Shown: in pieces, positions 55,384 through 64,000 of the stretch
How positions within the stretch are numbered: position 1 is the first letter of the stretch
Layout: every line of letters starts with the position of its first letter
Assembly: GCA_045863235.1 (NCBI GenBank)
Contig: BTUM01000009.1
Span: 1-64,000, forward strand
DNA: 64,000 nt
Source of the DNA: Candidatus Xenobia bacterium
GTDB taxonomy: Bacteria; Vulcanimicrobiota; Xenobia; Xenobiales; QWHO01
Direction of reading: 5' to 3'
Translations under genes and position numbers: made by a program
The notes under the pieces: generated by a model
Told to the model about the DNA's origin: nothing
Databases searched by the model: none
The model's input: only the letters and a program-made list of their open reading frames with translations

Positions 55384-57672
55384 TCATTCTTGGAACTGCT
55401 CTGCGAGCGCCCAAAAGGCATCAATCCTCACGTCGCCCACGTCCCCCGTCTGGGCCTGAAGGAATCTCTCCTTGTCAACCTGGAACCGCACGAAGTTCTT
55501 GGCTTTCCCGCTGGTTTGTCGATGGACGTCCCGCAATACACCCGAGTCGATGCCAGCCTTAACAACTTCTTCGGCTAGGTCGCCAAAATCTGATTCGAGA
55601 TCTTCGACTGCTACATCAGAGGTTTTATTTGACTGCCGGACGAGCCTTGTAACGCACTTGATGAGCTTTGGCTGTACCTGCCGAACAGTTTCCCGTGCTG
55701 CAACTATGTCCTCAGTAAAATCTGTGGTCGCTCCGCGCGCCTGAATAGCCTCTAGTATCTGTACTGGGTTGAACAGTGTTTCCGTGTTCTGCTCACTTTC
55801 TCCACCTCGCGAATTGTCCAGCACTTCCAGTCGCCTAAATTCACAGTCCAGGAACCGTGATGAAATAACTGTAGATGAATCGACTTTAAAGCCATCGAAG
55901 AGGCACCTGATAAACTCGCATCCAATGAACTGCGTTCCACCAAGGTCTACGTTGACAAACTTGCAGCCGTGAAATGTCACCCTATCATACTTGTTCTTCA
56001 TTAGGCACTCATCAGCGAAGTTCAGGTCATGCAAGGAGATACCGTCCTCGCGCGAGTCATTTAGAAGGCCCGCGCATACTGCAGACGCGTTCGTGGACGC
56101 CGTGTAATCGTGATGGCTTTTGCCGATGGTTGATAAGACCTTAGTTACATTTCTTAGGCTGCCTCCTTCGCGCCGAAAAAACCAAACAGTCCAGTCAGTT
56201 AACTCTGGACTCAACTCGCGTTCGGATAGTAGAATCGAGAGAGAGTCGGTATCTTCGGACATCATTATTACGGCGAGCCGAGCGCCTAAGAAATACGCAA
56301 AAAAACTCTCATGCAGGAATCCAAAGGTAGCTGTAGCCCCCTCCTTTGGGACAAGGGCAGCGTGCGTAGGCACCTTCTCAATAATCTGGGTCTTAACTGC
56401 TGCTTCGAGCTGGAGGTGCATCAATCCGAGTTCTGCGGCTATTCGGAGTTCGTCGGCTGCAAGCCGAAATGCTCCGGATCGCCACATTTCCTCGGCAACT
56501 GCACCTAGCATTGCGATGTGCCCCGCGGTATCAAGTAAGGGCTTTCGCGTCTGGGTCTCTATCCATTTTTCCCATTCCTCTCGTTCGAGCAAAATGCGGA
56601 AAACGTAGTCGCTGCGCTCGAGGTGACTACCGCCAACGTCTATGTTCTTGAATCGTTCCTTCTCAACTACCCAGAGTTTGGCTAGACGTGTGAGGAAGAT
56701 CGGGTGGAAAATCAGTTGCTGGTCATTCTCGAAGGTGTTCAGGAGTTCACGCAGGTCCCGCTCGGCGTCCTCGGACCCCAGCGACTTAAATACCTCGATA
56801 GCCTGGTTGACCTTCCATCCCAAGAGTTGAATGCCGACGGTCGAATACGCGCCACGTTTGGGTTGGAGATGTGTCCTGATACTTGCCGAAACTTGGTAGA
56901 GGTCGAAGAAGCCTTCTCGAGCCGACAAAATCACGGACCCTGCAGTATCCATTTGGTCAACCAGTTCGGTTATTTTGATGAATGCGTCCCGACTGCCCAC
57001 CCGTGCCACCAACTCGTCGAATCCATCGAGCGCCAGGACTATCCAGCCCCATTTCATGCAGGCCACAACCTCCCGTTGCGTCAGAGGAAAGTCGTAGGTG
57101 TTGTTCAATGAGCCTGCTACAGCATCATCAATATTTCCCACATAGCGACCCAACAGGTCGACAGGAATCAAGATTGGAGTTGGATGCTCTTGGGCGCGAT
57201 ACTCATTGGCACACTGAATAGCCAGCCACTCCAGGAGGGCGGTCTTGCCTTGTCCAGCCGGCGCCATTAGTTGGATAAGTTGAGTATTAGCTACTGGAGG
57301 TGCCGCGATAATGCTACGAAGCCTGTTAAGAACACTATCTTCTTCAGTGCCACTTCCTGTTGCATATGCGCGAAAACGGGCATGGCCATCGATAAATTTC
57401 GCCGGGCGCTTCTCCCAGTTTCGCTGAAGAACGCGCGATATCTGTTGCGCCAACCTCGGCAAGCCGAGCACCTCGGACTGGACGTATTGCGTCACAGGAA
57501 CGACTTTCTCACCATCCACCACTCCAAAGCCGATCCCCGCGATCTGTGTCAACTCAAAGAGAGTCTCGCTTCCGTGGCGGAAAAGGCTCACGACGGAGCC
57601 CTCTCGATGGTAGTTTGCCGGGTCGGAGATCAGTTCTTGAAATCTCAGGTCTATATCTTCAATGCGAAGCAC
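55384..57672 (-). CDS. NACHT/STAND-type NTPase with pentapeptide repeats
   Basis: Walker A APAGQGKT, Walker B LALDGFDEL, VILSAR, HPIF, winged-helix FGFLHESFFAYF; pentapeptide FHGCKFVNVDLGGTQFIGCEFIRCLF; SD AGGAGG. Confidence 0.85.
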   Translation of the reverse strand: MLRIEDIDLRFQELISDPANYHREGSVVSLFRHGSETLFELTQIAGIGFGVVDGEKVVPVTQYVQSEVLGLPRLAQQISRVLQRNWEKRPAKFIDGHARFRAYATGSGTEEDSVLNRLRSIIAAPPVANTQLIQLMAPAGQGKTALLEWLAIQCANEYRAQEHPTPILIPVDLLGRYVGNIDDAVAGSLNNTYDFPLTQREVVACMKWGWIVLALDGFDELVARVGSRDAFIKITELVDQMDTAGSVILSAREGFFDLYQVSASIRTHLQPKRGAYSTVGIQLLGWKVNQAIEVFKSLGSEDAERDLRELLNTFENDQQLIFHPIFLTRLAKLWVVEKERFKNIDVGGSHLERSDYVFRILLEREEWEKWIETQTRKPLLDTAGHIAMLGAVAEEMWRSGAFRLAADELRIAAELGLMHLQLEAAVKTQIIEKVPTHAALVPKEGATATFGFLHESFFAYFLGARLAVIMMSEDTDSLSILLSERELSPELTDWTVWFFRREGGSLRNVTKVLSTIGKSHHDYTASTNASAVCAGLLNDSREDGISLHDLNFADECLMKNKYDRVTFHGCKFVNVDLGGTQFIGCEFIRCLFDGFKVDSSTVISSRFLDCEFRRLEVLDNSRGGESEQNTETLFNPVQILEAIQARGATTDFTEDIVAARETVRQVQPKLIKCVTRLVRQSNKTSDVAVEDLESDFGDLAEEVVKAGIDSGVLRDVHRQTSGKAKNFVRFQVDKERFLQAQTGDVGDVRIDAFWALAEQFQE

Positions 57673-58375
57673 ACTGGCCTCCTATCGAGGTTATTAGGAC
57701 CCCACGATTCTCAAGTGAAGTGTCGCAGTAATACGTTTTGGTGTGGGACCGAATAACAGACAAATTTGCGCCGTTGTGGATACTGGCGGCCAGCAATGCG
57801 GGTGAAAAGTCTACGTCATCGGAAACTAGGCAGATACACGAATCGGAAGAGGATGAGGCTAACGAAAGGAGGTCAGTTGCGATGTGGACGTCAACCTGCT
57901 TCTGCTCGTTTCTTTCAAAGTAATCGATATATCGATGTGCGCAGCTTGCTTCTGTGCAAGCGCGACTGTTTCCCATCCATCGCTGAACGTCCTTTAACTG
58001 ACAGCGCGCATTCTGGCAGTCGAGTTTACTAGAGGCACGCGGTTTGGAGCGCCTGATGGAGACGGTATGAGTAATGTGAGGGTCGGCGTGCGAGGCAAGG
58101 ATTAGACGGTCGGCAAACTCAAAGTGAACCCGGACCAGGAGACCGTAAGCTTTCAGCAACGCGGGGCACTGTTGTTGATAATAATTGGCCGCCGCATAGC
58201 GGGCCTCCGTGGCGAACTGGTCTCGAAACCAGCCACCATAAGCGCGGAAAACCACGTTAGCTATTCGGCCGCTTCGCGTCAGGAGGGTTTCGCGGCAGCT
58301 GTGCACCCACGATGTGATTACTTCGGCCGGCGGGACGTCCGAGAAATTGTCGTGGTCGACAAGAATATAGTTCAC
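57659..58375 (-). CDS. NYN-domain (LabA/DUF88 PIN-like) nuclease with Cys-rich insertion
   Basis: ILVDHDN, RAYGGW, EQKQVDVHIATD, LVSDDVDFSPAL; CQNARC...CTEASC insert; 14-nt overlap with the NTPase gene. Confidence 0.85.
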   Translation of the reverse strand: MNYILVDHDNFSDVPPAEVITSWVHSCRETLLTRSGRIANVVFRAYGGWFRDQFATEARYAAANYYQQQCPALLKAYGLLVRVHFEFADRLILASHADPHITHTVSIRRSKPRASSKLDCQNARCQLKDVQRWMGNSRACTEASCAHRYIDYFERNEQKQVDVHIATDLLSLASSSSDSCICLVSDDVDFSPALLAASIHNGANLSVIRSHTKTYYCDTSLENRGVLITSIGGQCASH

Positions 58376-58726
58376 ATCAGGTCCTGCGCCACTCGATGCT
58401 CAAGTCCCTTTGAGTCTGAAGCGACCGCCAACAGAGCCACCTCACACCCGACCAGCATTTGATCACTTTTTGATCACCGGACTCAAAATCACGCCCGATC
58501 ACCACGCCCTCCCAGAAACACCAAAACTCACCAAAACCAGCGCCACCTCTAATCTCCAGCACACCCAACATAATGCCAGATCACCCAAGATCACGCCCCT
58601 GCTTATCTACCCGGGGAACCTACATGGGGCCTCTTCGATGGCGCCGCCGACTGGGTTTGCGGGGCGGGTGGGGGCACCGTTTCCGAGCCGGCATGGCTGC
58701 GCGATCTGCGGAGCGATCTCGAGACC

Positions 58727-59209
58727 TTACTCTTGTCCGGGGTCCAGGATGGTCAGGTCGGGAAAGTACTTCCCATAATATCCTCGATCACGCGTCACAA
58801 GCTGATCACTTTGCACGCTGGCGTGACCCCCGACCAGAAAATCAGTAATCAGGTGCTGCCTCCAAGGAATTGCCCTCTGACAGGACGAGCACGTAATCCT
58901 CTGGCCATGCCCGCATTGAGGGCAGGCTGGATGATCCGGACGTCGGCGCCGATACTCCCGCCAGGCAAGCCCTGCTCGGCTAAGCCCCTCGCGGGAGGTC
59001 GGAACCACCTGAATGCCGGTATCCATCAGGAACGTGTCCAGGGATCCCTGATTCGGGAAATGCGCCGCAAGCTCGGAATACACAACCTCACCCATGATCA
59101 GGGTGCCGTTGCGAAGGCTATCGTCGAGCGCATTCTGAGAAGCGAGTTGAAAGGGAGAGCCTGGCACCAGAACATCCAAAATTACATTGGTATCTAGCGC
59201 GGAGGTCAT
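58727..59209 (-). CDS. vapC: VapC-family PIN toxin with zinc-ribbon insertion
   Basis: LDTNVILD, VYSEL, CPQC..CSSC, ITDFLVGGHA, LVTRDRGYY. Confidence 0.9.
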   Translation of the reverse strand: MTSALDTNVILDVLVPGSPFQLASQNALDDSLRNGTLIMGEVVYSELAAHFPNQGSLDTFLMDTGIQVVPTSREGLSRAGLAWREYRRRRPDHPACPQCGHGQRITCSSCQRAIPWRQHLITDFLVGGHASVQSDQLVTRDRGYYGKYFPDLTILDPGQE

Positions 59210-59442
59210 GGGTCCGGTTCGCCTCGGAGTTCGTCCAGAAGGGAATCCGGATCTTGTCCGGCCAGTGCGCGCAAGTAGCCCAGGTAAGGAGCAAACGGCG
59301 AACTCTCAACTCGCTTGCAGACGCGGATGATATGGTCCTCTTCCAGGAACTCAACCTGATCGCCAGGGTGGAGATCAAGTCGCTCCCGAATCTCCTTTGG
59401 GATCGTCACCTGACCCTTGATTGTCATCCGACTTGCGGGCAT
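59206..59442 (-). CDS. AbrB/MazE/SpoVT-family antitoxin
   Basis: MTIKGQVTIPKEIRERLDLHPGDQVEF; ATGA overlap with the toxin gene. Confidence 0.92.
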   Translation of the reverse strand: MPASRMTIKGQVTIPKEIRERLDLHPGDQVEFLEEDHIIRVCKRVESSPFAPYLGYLRALAGQDPDSLLDELRGEPDP

Positions 59443-59453
59443 CTGGCCTCCAA

Positions 59454-59481
59454 GTATTACTAGTTGACACTATCGTAATAC
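59454..59481. promoter_or_regulatory. Inverted-repeat operator upstream of the TA pair
   Basis: GTATTAC-tagt...acta-tc-GTAATAC immediately upstream of the antitoxin start. Confidence 0.55.
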
Positions 59482-59638
59482 CTGGTTTCGAAGTTTGTCA
59501 ACGCCGGGCCAAGGGCTTCGAGCGTGCAAGCGCTTCGGCGTCCCCATCATTCCTGCGCGGAGAACCAACATGGACTGCCCCATTGGCTTTGGCACCGGGG
59601 GCAGGGCGCTCTGGGAACGTCCTCGCTACCGGACTCGG

Positions 59639-60055
59639 TCAGCGCCGCGAGGGCAGAGGGACGTAAATCTCCCGGCACCTGAGGTGCCACAGCTCGACAC
59701 GGCAGAGGTCCACCCGCCGCTGAACCCGCTCCAGGGCCTCCTCCCAGCTCTGGCGCCAGAGGGAGATCCCCAGCGCAGCCGCGGAGCAGCCTGAGATGAC
59801 CCAGAGGGTGACCGGCCACAGGCCAGCCACGCCGGCGGCCAGGGCCAGGAGGCAGGCCATCCTCAGCTGGTCGAGCCAGCGCGAGGCGCGCTGCAGGCGG
59901 GCCTGGAGGCGGGCTTTGCGGCGCTCGAGCACGGCCTCGCTGGCCAGCACCTCGCGGGTGCGCTCGGCCAGGAAACGCAGGTCCGAAGTGGACTCGACCA
60001 GGCCTCCGTTCACGATCCTCAACTCCTCCATCACCCACTCCTCTCTGGTCATCAC
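59639..60055 (-). CDS. Hypothetical membrane protein
   Basis: Coiled coil, two hydrophobic segments, coiled coil; start at 60055 or 60031. Confidence 0.6.
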   Translation of the reverse strand: MMTREEWVMEELRIVNGGLVESTSDLRFLAERTREVLASEAVLERRKARLQARLQRASRWLDQLRMACLLALAAGVAGLWPVTLWVISGCSAAALGISLWRQSWEEALERVQRRVDLCRVELWHLRCREIYVPLPSRR

Positions 60056-60083
60056 GATCAGAGTAAGCTGTCTGGCTTGGAGA

Positions 60084-62216
60084 CTACTGAGAGGATCCTT
60101 GGGAAATCCTTGACTGGGCGGTCAGCTCCTGAAACAGCCGGGTGGTCTCGGCGCTGGGAGCCAGCTGCAGCTCCTCGGCCAGGGCTTCCTGGCAGGCCCA
60201 GTAGAGGCGGGCCACCCGCTCGGGCTGGCCGGCCCGGCCCCAGAGGCGCATCAGCTCCTGATAGGCCCCCTGGTGACAGCGGTCCACCGAGAGAAGCTGC
60301 TCGGCCAGCGAGAGCAGGCGGTCGTCCTTGCCCGCGGCCTCGGCCAGCAAGCCCTCCAGGGCCCGCACGGCCAGTTCGCGCAGGCGGCGGCGGTAGGGGC
60401 GGATCCAGTCTTCCTGGAGGTTCTCCAGCAGATCGCCCCGGTACAGGTCCAGCGCCTGCTGGAGGCGACCGGCCTTGACCTCGCGCTCGAAGTCGAGGAA
60501 GTCGACCCGGTGGGACAGATCGGTGTTGAAGCGGCAACGCCCGCGCCGGTGCTGCACCAGATCCCCTTCGCCCAGGGCCCGGCGGATGTAGGTCAGGGCC
60601 GAGTACAGGTTGGCCTGGGCGCGGTCCCCCTCCAACTCCGACCAGAAGAGATCGGTCAGGCGCTCGTCCGGCACCTCGGTTCCGCCGTGCAGCAGCAGCA
60701 CCAGGAAGAGGGCCCGGCTTTTGGAGGTCTTCCAATCCTGCTCCTTGATCTCGCGGCCCTGAAAGCGGATGCGCAGTGGGCCCAGGCCCTCCACCTCCAG
60801 GGCGGCGGGTGGCTCGGCCGGCGGACAGAGGCGCAGCCGGGCCAGCATCTCGGCGGCCCGGGGCGAGCCGGACGCTCCCAGCACCCGCTGGGTCAGCCAG
60901 CGCTCGCGAGAAAGGGCCCACTCCAGCCCCTCGGCTTTGTCCAACAGCTCCTGGACCGCCGAGGGCGCTTGCTTGGAGCCTGCCAGCTGGTAGCCCCAGG
61001 CCCGCAGCAGGCGCACCCGCACGGCTCCCCGGGCCGCTCCCTCATAAAGCCGGGTGGCCTGCTCCAGGTCGGCCTCGCCCGAAGCGACCTCCCCGACCGC
61101 CAGCCGGGCCGTGCCCAGCAGAGCCAGGATATCAGCCCGGGCCAGCCGCGAGCCCACCCTCTCCAGGGCCAGACGGGCCTGCTCGATGGCTCCCGCGGCA
61201 TCGCCGCAGGCCAGCCTGGCCGTGCCGAGGCAGAGCCGGGCCAGGGCGGACGGGTTGGGGATCGCCTCCAGCGTCTGGCGAGCCAGCTCGGGCTGGCCCG
61301 CGGCCAGGTAGGTCAGGGCAAGCCCCGCGGCCCCGCTGGGAGGCTCCCCGGCCGGGCTCTCCACGGTCCCCCCGCTGAGGGCCTGCTCGAGGCGCTCGCG
61401 CAACTCGGGCGGAGCTTCCAGCATCTGGAGACACTCCTGACGCGACAGTCCCAGGGAGGCGTCGGCGGGGTGGGCCAGGGCGTCGTAGCGAGCCACGGCC
61501 GCCAGGATCGGCTCGGCCTCGGTAAGCTGCAGGGCTCGCTCGGCCAGCTTCAAGGTGGAGCGATGCTCCCATCCCTGACGGTCGGCCGGGTCCTGCGAAA
61601 GCAGCTCTCGGCAACGCTCCAGACCCTGCAGCAAGGTGGCTCCGCCGGCCACGGCCGTGAGCAGGGCGGCCCAGGAGAGCGCCTCCAGCTCCTCGCCCTG
61701 AAGGCCGGAGAGGCTGCCCACCCGGCGGGCCAACTCGCGACGACGCAGAGCCGCCTCGCGTTCGGGGGCCAGGGAAAGCAGGCTCCACTCCCACAGGGCC
61801 AGGCTGTCGCGGTAGCTGCGCTCCTGGCTGGCCCGCCACCAGGCCTGGCGGTCGAGCCACTCCAGGGCGCGCCCCACCGCTTTCAAGAAGGTCTCCTCGT
61901 CGAAGGGCTTGGTGAGGAAGTCGTCGACTTGCAGGCGGAAGGCCTCCACCGGGGTCTCGAAGTCGGCAAAGCCGGTGATCACCACGGCCCGGGTCTCGGG
62001 GGCGGTCTGGCGCATCTGGCGCAGCATGGAGATGCCGCTCATGCCGGGCATGCGCACATCGGTGATGACCAGGTCGAAGGCGCAATCGCTGGCCGCCTCC
62101 AGGGCCCGAGCGGCCGACTCGGCGGCCGTGACCTGGTACCCCTCCTCCTCGAGCAGCAGGCTCAAGCTGCCGCGCAACAGGTCATCATCTTCTACCAGCA
62201 GGATACGTCGGGCCAC
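60084..62216 (-). CDS. Response regulator with degenerate HD-GYP-like, TPR and SARP/BTAD output domains
   Basis: Receiver ILLVEDD/DVRMPGMSG/KPF; 'ILAAVARYDAL'; LGPLRI...WKTSKSRALF...LYRGDLLE...AYQELMRL...ELQLAPSAET. Confidence 0.82.
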   Translation of the reverse strand: MARRILLVEDDDLLRGSLSLLLEEEGYQVTAAESAARALEAASDCAFDLVITDVRMPGMSGISMLRQMRQTAPETRAVVITGFADFETPVEAFRLQVDDFLTKPFDEETFLKAVGRALEWLDRQAWWRASQERSYRDSLALWEWSLLSLAPEREAALRRRELARRVGSLSGLQGEELEALSWAALLTAVAGGATLLQGLERCRELLSQDPADRQGWEHRSTLKLAERALQLTEAEPILAAVARYDALAHPADASLGLSRQECLQMLEAPPELRERLEQALSGGTVESPAGEPPSGAAGLALTYLAAGQPELARQTLEAIPNPSALARLCLGTARLACGDAAGAIEQARLALERVGSRLARADILALLGTARLAVGEVASGEADLEQATRLYEGAARGAVRVRLLRAWGYQLAGSKQAPSAVQELLDKAEGLEWALSRERWLTQRVLGASGSPRAAEMLARLRLCPPAEPPAALEVEGLGPLRIRFQGREIKEQDWKTSKSRALFLVLLLHGGTEVPDERLTDLFWSELEGDRAQANLYSALTYIRRALGEGDLVQHRRGRCRFNTDLSHRVDFLDFEREVKAGRLQQALDLYRGDLLENLQEDWIRPYRRRLRELAVRALEGLLAEAAGKDDRLLSLAEQLLSVDRCHQGAYQELMRLWGRAGQPERVARLYWACQEALAEELQLAPSAETTRLFQELTAQSRISQGSSQ

Positions 62217-62227
62217 GCAGCCAGGCT

Positions 62228-64000
62228 TCAGGGATTCGTGGGAGGTTCCTCCCGGAGCAGCTGCTCGTGGCCCGAGCTGACCTCGAGCAGGTAGACCGGC
62301 AGCTCCTTCGGGATGCGCCCGGTGGAGAGCGAGGCGGAGACTCCCGGATAGGCCGGCCGGGTGACCCCCAGCTGGCTCAGGTGCTGTCGCAAGGACTCGC
62401 GAGCGAGCGGGCCGTTGACCACCAGCCGCACGGCGTCGTAGGCCTGAGCCGAGGAACGGCCTGGCTCCACGCCCGGAAAGAGCTTCCGAAAGCCCTCTAC
62501 GAAGGCCTGCACTGTCGGGTCCTCCGAGCCGGGGAAGAAGGTCTCACTCAGGCGCAGGCCCTCCAGGGCGGGGCCGCCGGCCTTGCGCAGGCCCTCGGTG
62601 TAGCCGGAGACATTGGAATACAGCGCGGCCTGGCTGCCGGCGGCCCGCAGCTGCACGGCGAACTCGCCCAGATAGCTGCCCGGGGCGGCCACGAAGAAGA
62701 CGGCGTCGGCCCGATCCTGCACCAAAGCTCGCACCAGCTCGCGAAAGTCTTGCGAGGCGGTGGAGTAGACCTGCTCGCGCACCGGTCCGAGCTGGCTCTT
62801 GATGGCGAAGGCCAGGTCGCGGGCCATCACCTGCTGGGGGTCATACAGCAGCCAGGGGCGCTCAAAGCCGCGCGAGCGGAACTCGCGGGCCAGCGGAGCC
62901 ACCCGCGCCTCATAGGGCACGCCCACGGTGAAGAGCCAACCGGCGTTGTCCCAGGCCCGGGGATGGCTGGCTCCCAGCGAGAGCGCGGGCAGCTCCAGGC
63001 GGGCGGCCACCAGGTCCACGGCCAGGCTGCGCTCGGAGCTGGTGGGCCCGAGCACGCAGAAAACCTGGTCGTCGCGGCTCAGCTCTTCCACCCAGCTCAT
63101 GGCGCGGTCCACCTGACCGCCATCGTCGCAGACGCGCAGGAAGACCGGGCGGGGGCTGGTTTGCTGAGCCAGGGCGGCACCCTGCAAAAAGGCGCGCCCT
63201 TCGCGCCACTCGGGGCCTGTGACGGGCACGACCAGCGGAACAATGACGGCGTTGGGGCCGAGAGTGGCGTTGCGGGCCAGGATGTGGCCTTCGGGATCGG
63301 AGGGATCTTGCTCCAGGATCCGGGCCGCCAGCACTCCTGTGCGGGTCCGCTCGCCTGCCAGCAGGGCCGCCCAGGCCTGTACGGCCAGGCGCTCGGGGGG
63401 CGGGCGCCAGGCCAGAAGGCCGGCCGTGAGGCTGGAGAGGGAGGCGATCAGCAGCAGGGCGGCCACCAGGACGGCGGCGCGGGGCACGCTCTCGGTGCTG
63501 GCCGCCGCGGGGTCGGCCTGCAGCGCCTGGCGCAGCTCGGTCAGGGAGGGGCGCCGGGTGGGGTCGCCGTCCAGGCAACGCTCGAGCAGGGACCGCAGGC
63601 GGGGGGTGCCGCGCCGGCCCAGGCTGGCCTTGAGCAGCGCGCCCAGGGCGTAGACGTCGGAAGCGGCGGTCTGGTGGGGCTCGGGAGCCGTGAATCCGGG
63701 CGTGCCCCCGGCCGCCGGGCCGGGCCCGCGACGGGCCAGGCCCAGATCCACCAGCCGGGGCCGTCCGTCGGGAGCAAGCAGGACGTTGGAGGGACTGAGG
63801 TCGACCAGCAGGATGTCCTGGCGGTGCAGCTCGCCGAGCAGGTCGACCAGTTCACGGCCCACCCGCACGGTCTCGGCCTGGCTCAGGAGCCCACGTTGGG
63901 CCAGGGTCGGGCCAGGAACCAGCTCCAGGACCAGGGCGGGCTGGCCCTCGTGGGTGAACCGGTCCACCAGCCGGGGCAGCAGGGGATGCGACAGACGGGC
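62228..64000 (-). CDS. Ser/Thr kinase fused to a type-1 periplasmic (LivJ-like) binding domain; 5' end outside the window
   Basis: HPLLPRLVD, DLSPSN, DLGLA, GTPGFTAPE, SDVYALG; TM; LGPTSS, FVEGFRKLF, AQAYDAV; frame is open to the edge. Confidence 0.85.
   Translation of the reverse strand, partial: ARLSHPLLPRLVDRFTHEGQPALVLELVPGPTLAQRGLLSQAETVRVGRELVDLLGELHRQDILLVDLSPSNVLLAPDGRPRLVDLGLARRGPGPAAGGTPGFTAPEPHQTAASDVYALGALLKASLGRRGTPRLRSLLERCLDGDPTRRPSLTELRQALQADPAAASTESVPRAAVLVAALLLIASLSSLTAGLLAWRPPPERLAVQAWAALLAGERTRTGVLAARILEQDPSDPEGHILARNATLGPNAVIVPLVVPVTGPEWREGRAFLQGAALAQQTSPRPVFLRVCDDGGQVDRAMSWVEELSRDDQVFCVLGPTSSERSLAVDLVAARLELPALSLGASHPRAWDNAGWLFTVGVPYEARVAPLAREFRSRGFERPWLLYDPQQVMARDLAFAIKSQLGPVREQVYSTASQDFRELVRALVQDRADAVFFVAAPGSYLGEFAVQLRAAGSQAALYSNVSGYTEGLRKAGGPALEGLRLSETFFPGSEDPTVQAFVEGFRKLFPGVEPGRSSAQAYDAVRLVVNGPLARESLRQHLSQLGVTRPAYPGVSASLSTGRIPKELPVYLLEVSSGHEQLLREEPPTNP

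Larger units (their letters stand above)
53323..58698. mobile_element. Lower-GC defence-type islet bounded by imperfect direct repeats, no integrase in the window
   Basis: 53323-53430 resembles 58609-58698; TGATCAC(C/T)-N3-(T/G)GATCACC at 53392, 54948 and 58460; atypical codon usage inside. Confidence 0.65.

Noticed and set aside
2592..62294. Long alternative-frame and antisense ORFs (e.g. 2638-4695, 10320-12806, 26330-29089, 31154-33148, 37981-40458, 47667-50264, 60273-62294)
   Set aside because: Shadow ORFs expected in high-GC DNA. Each overlaps a motif-supported gene and has no recognisable domain.

Overview
High-GC bacterial chromosome segment. Gene content (SepF/YggS, split GcvPA/GcvPB, DUF4912-GH57, Uma2, several Ser/Thr kinases) looks terrabacterial, and a Candidatus Eremiobacterota/Vulcanimicrobiota-type organism is my unverified guess. 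The backbone holds a long + strand run (purB, SPOR protein, GGDEF regulator, ribF, gcvT-H-PA-PB, anti-sigma-like kinase, lipoate ligase, GNAT, hutH, degenerate PilT-like ATPase, yggS, sepF), a GldA/F/G-DUF4340 ABC cluster, kinase/FHA signalling genes, three diguanylate cyclases and two VapBC-type toxin-antitoxin pairs. Main points of interest: (1) a visibly lower-GC, repeat-bounded island at about 53.3-58.7 kb carrying a translationally coupled NYN RNase + NACHT/STAND NTPase-pentapeptide pair (candidate undescribed anti-phage system) and a PD-(D/E)XK-like + PIN pair; (2) a 610-aa protein that fuses harpin-like and HrpF/NolX-like translocator repeats to two eukaryote-like annexin repeats; (3) two unrelated proteins without Sec signals that share a C-terminal E.E..(V/I).(V/I)GGVR(V/L)..R tail, plus an orphan FliF-like ring protein, which hints at a lineage-specific export or targeting system; (4) nested MITE-like hairpins and several decayed duplicated gene starts. 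No rRNA, tRNA, CRISPR array, integrase or transposase was seen. All family calls come from motif recognition by eye, not from database searches.
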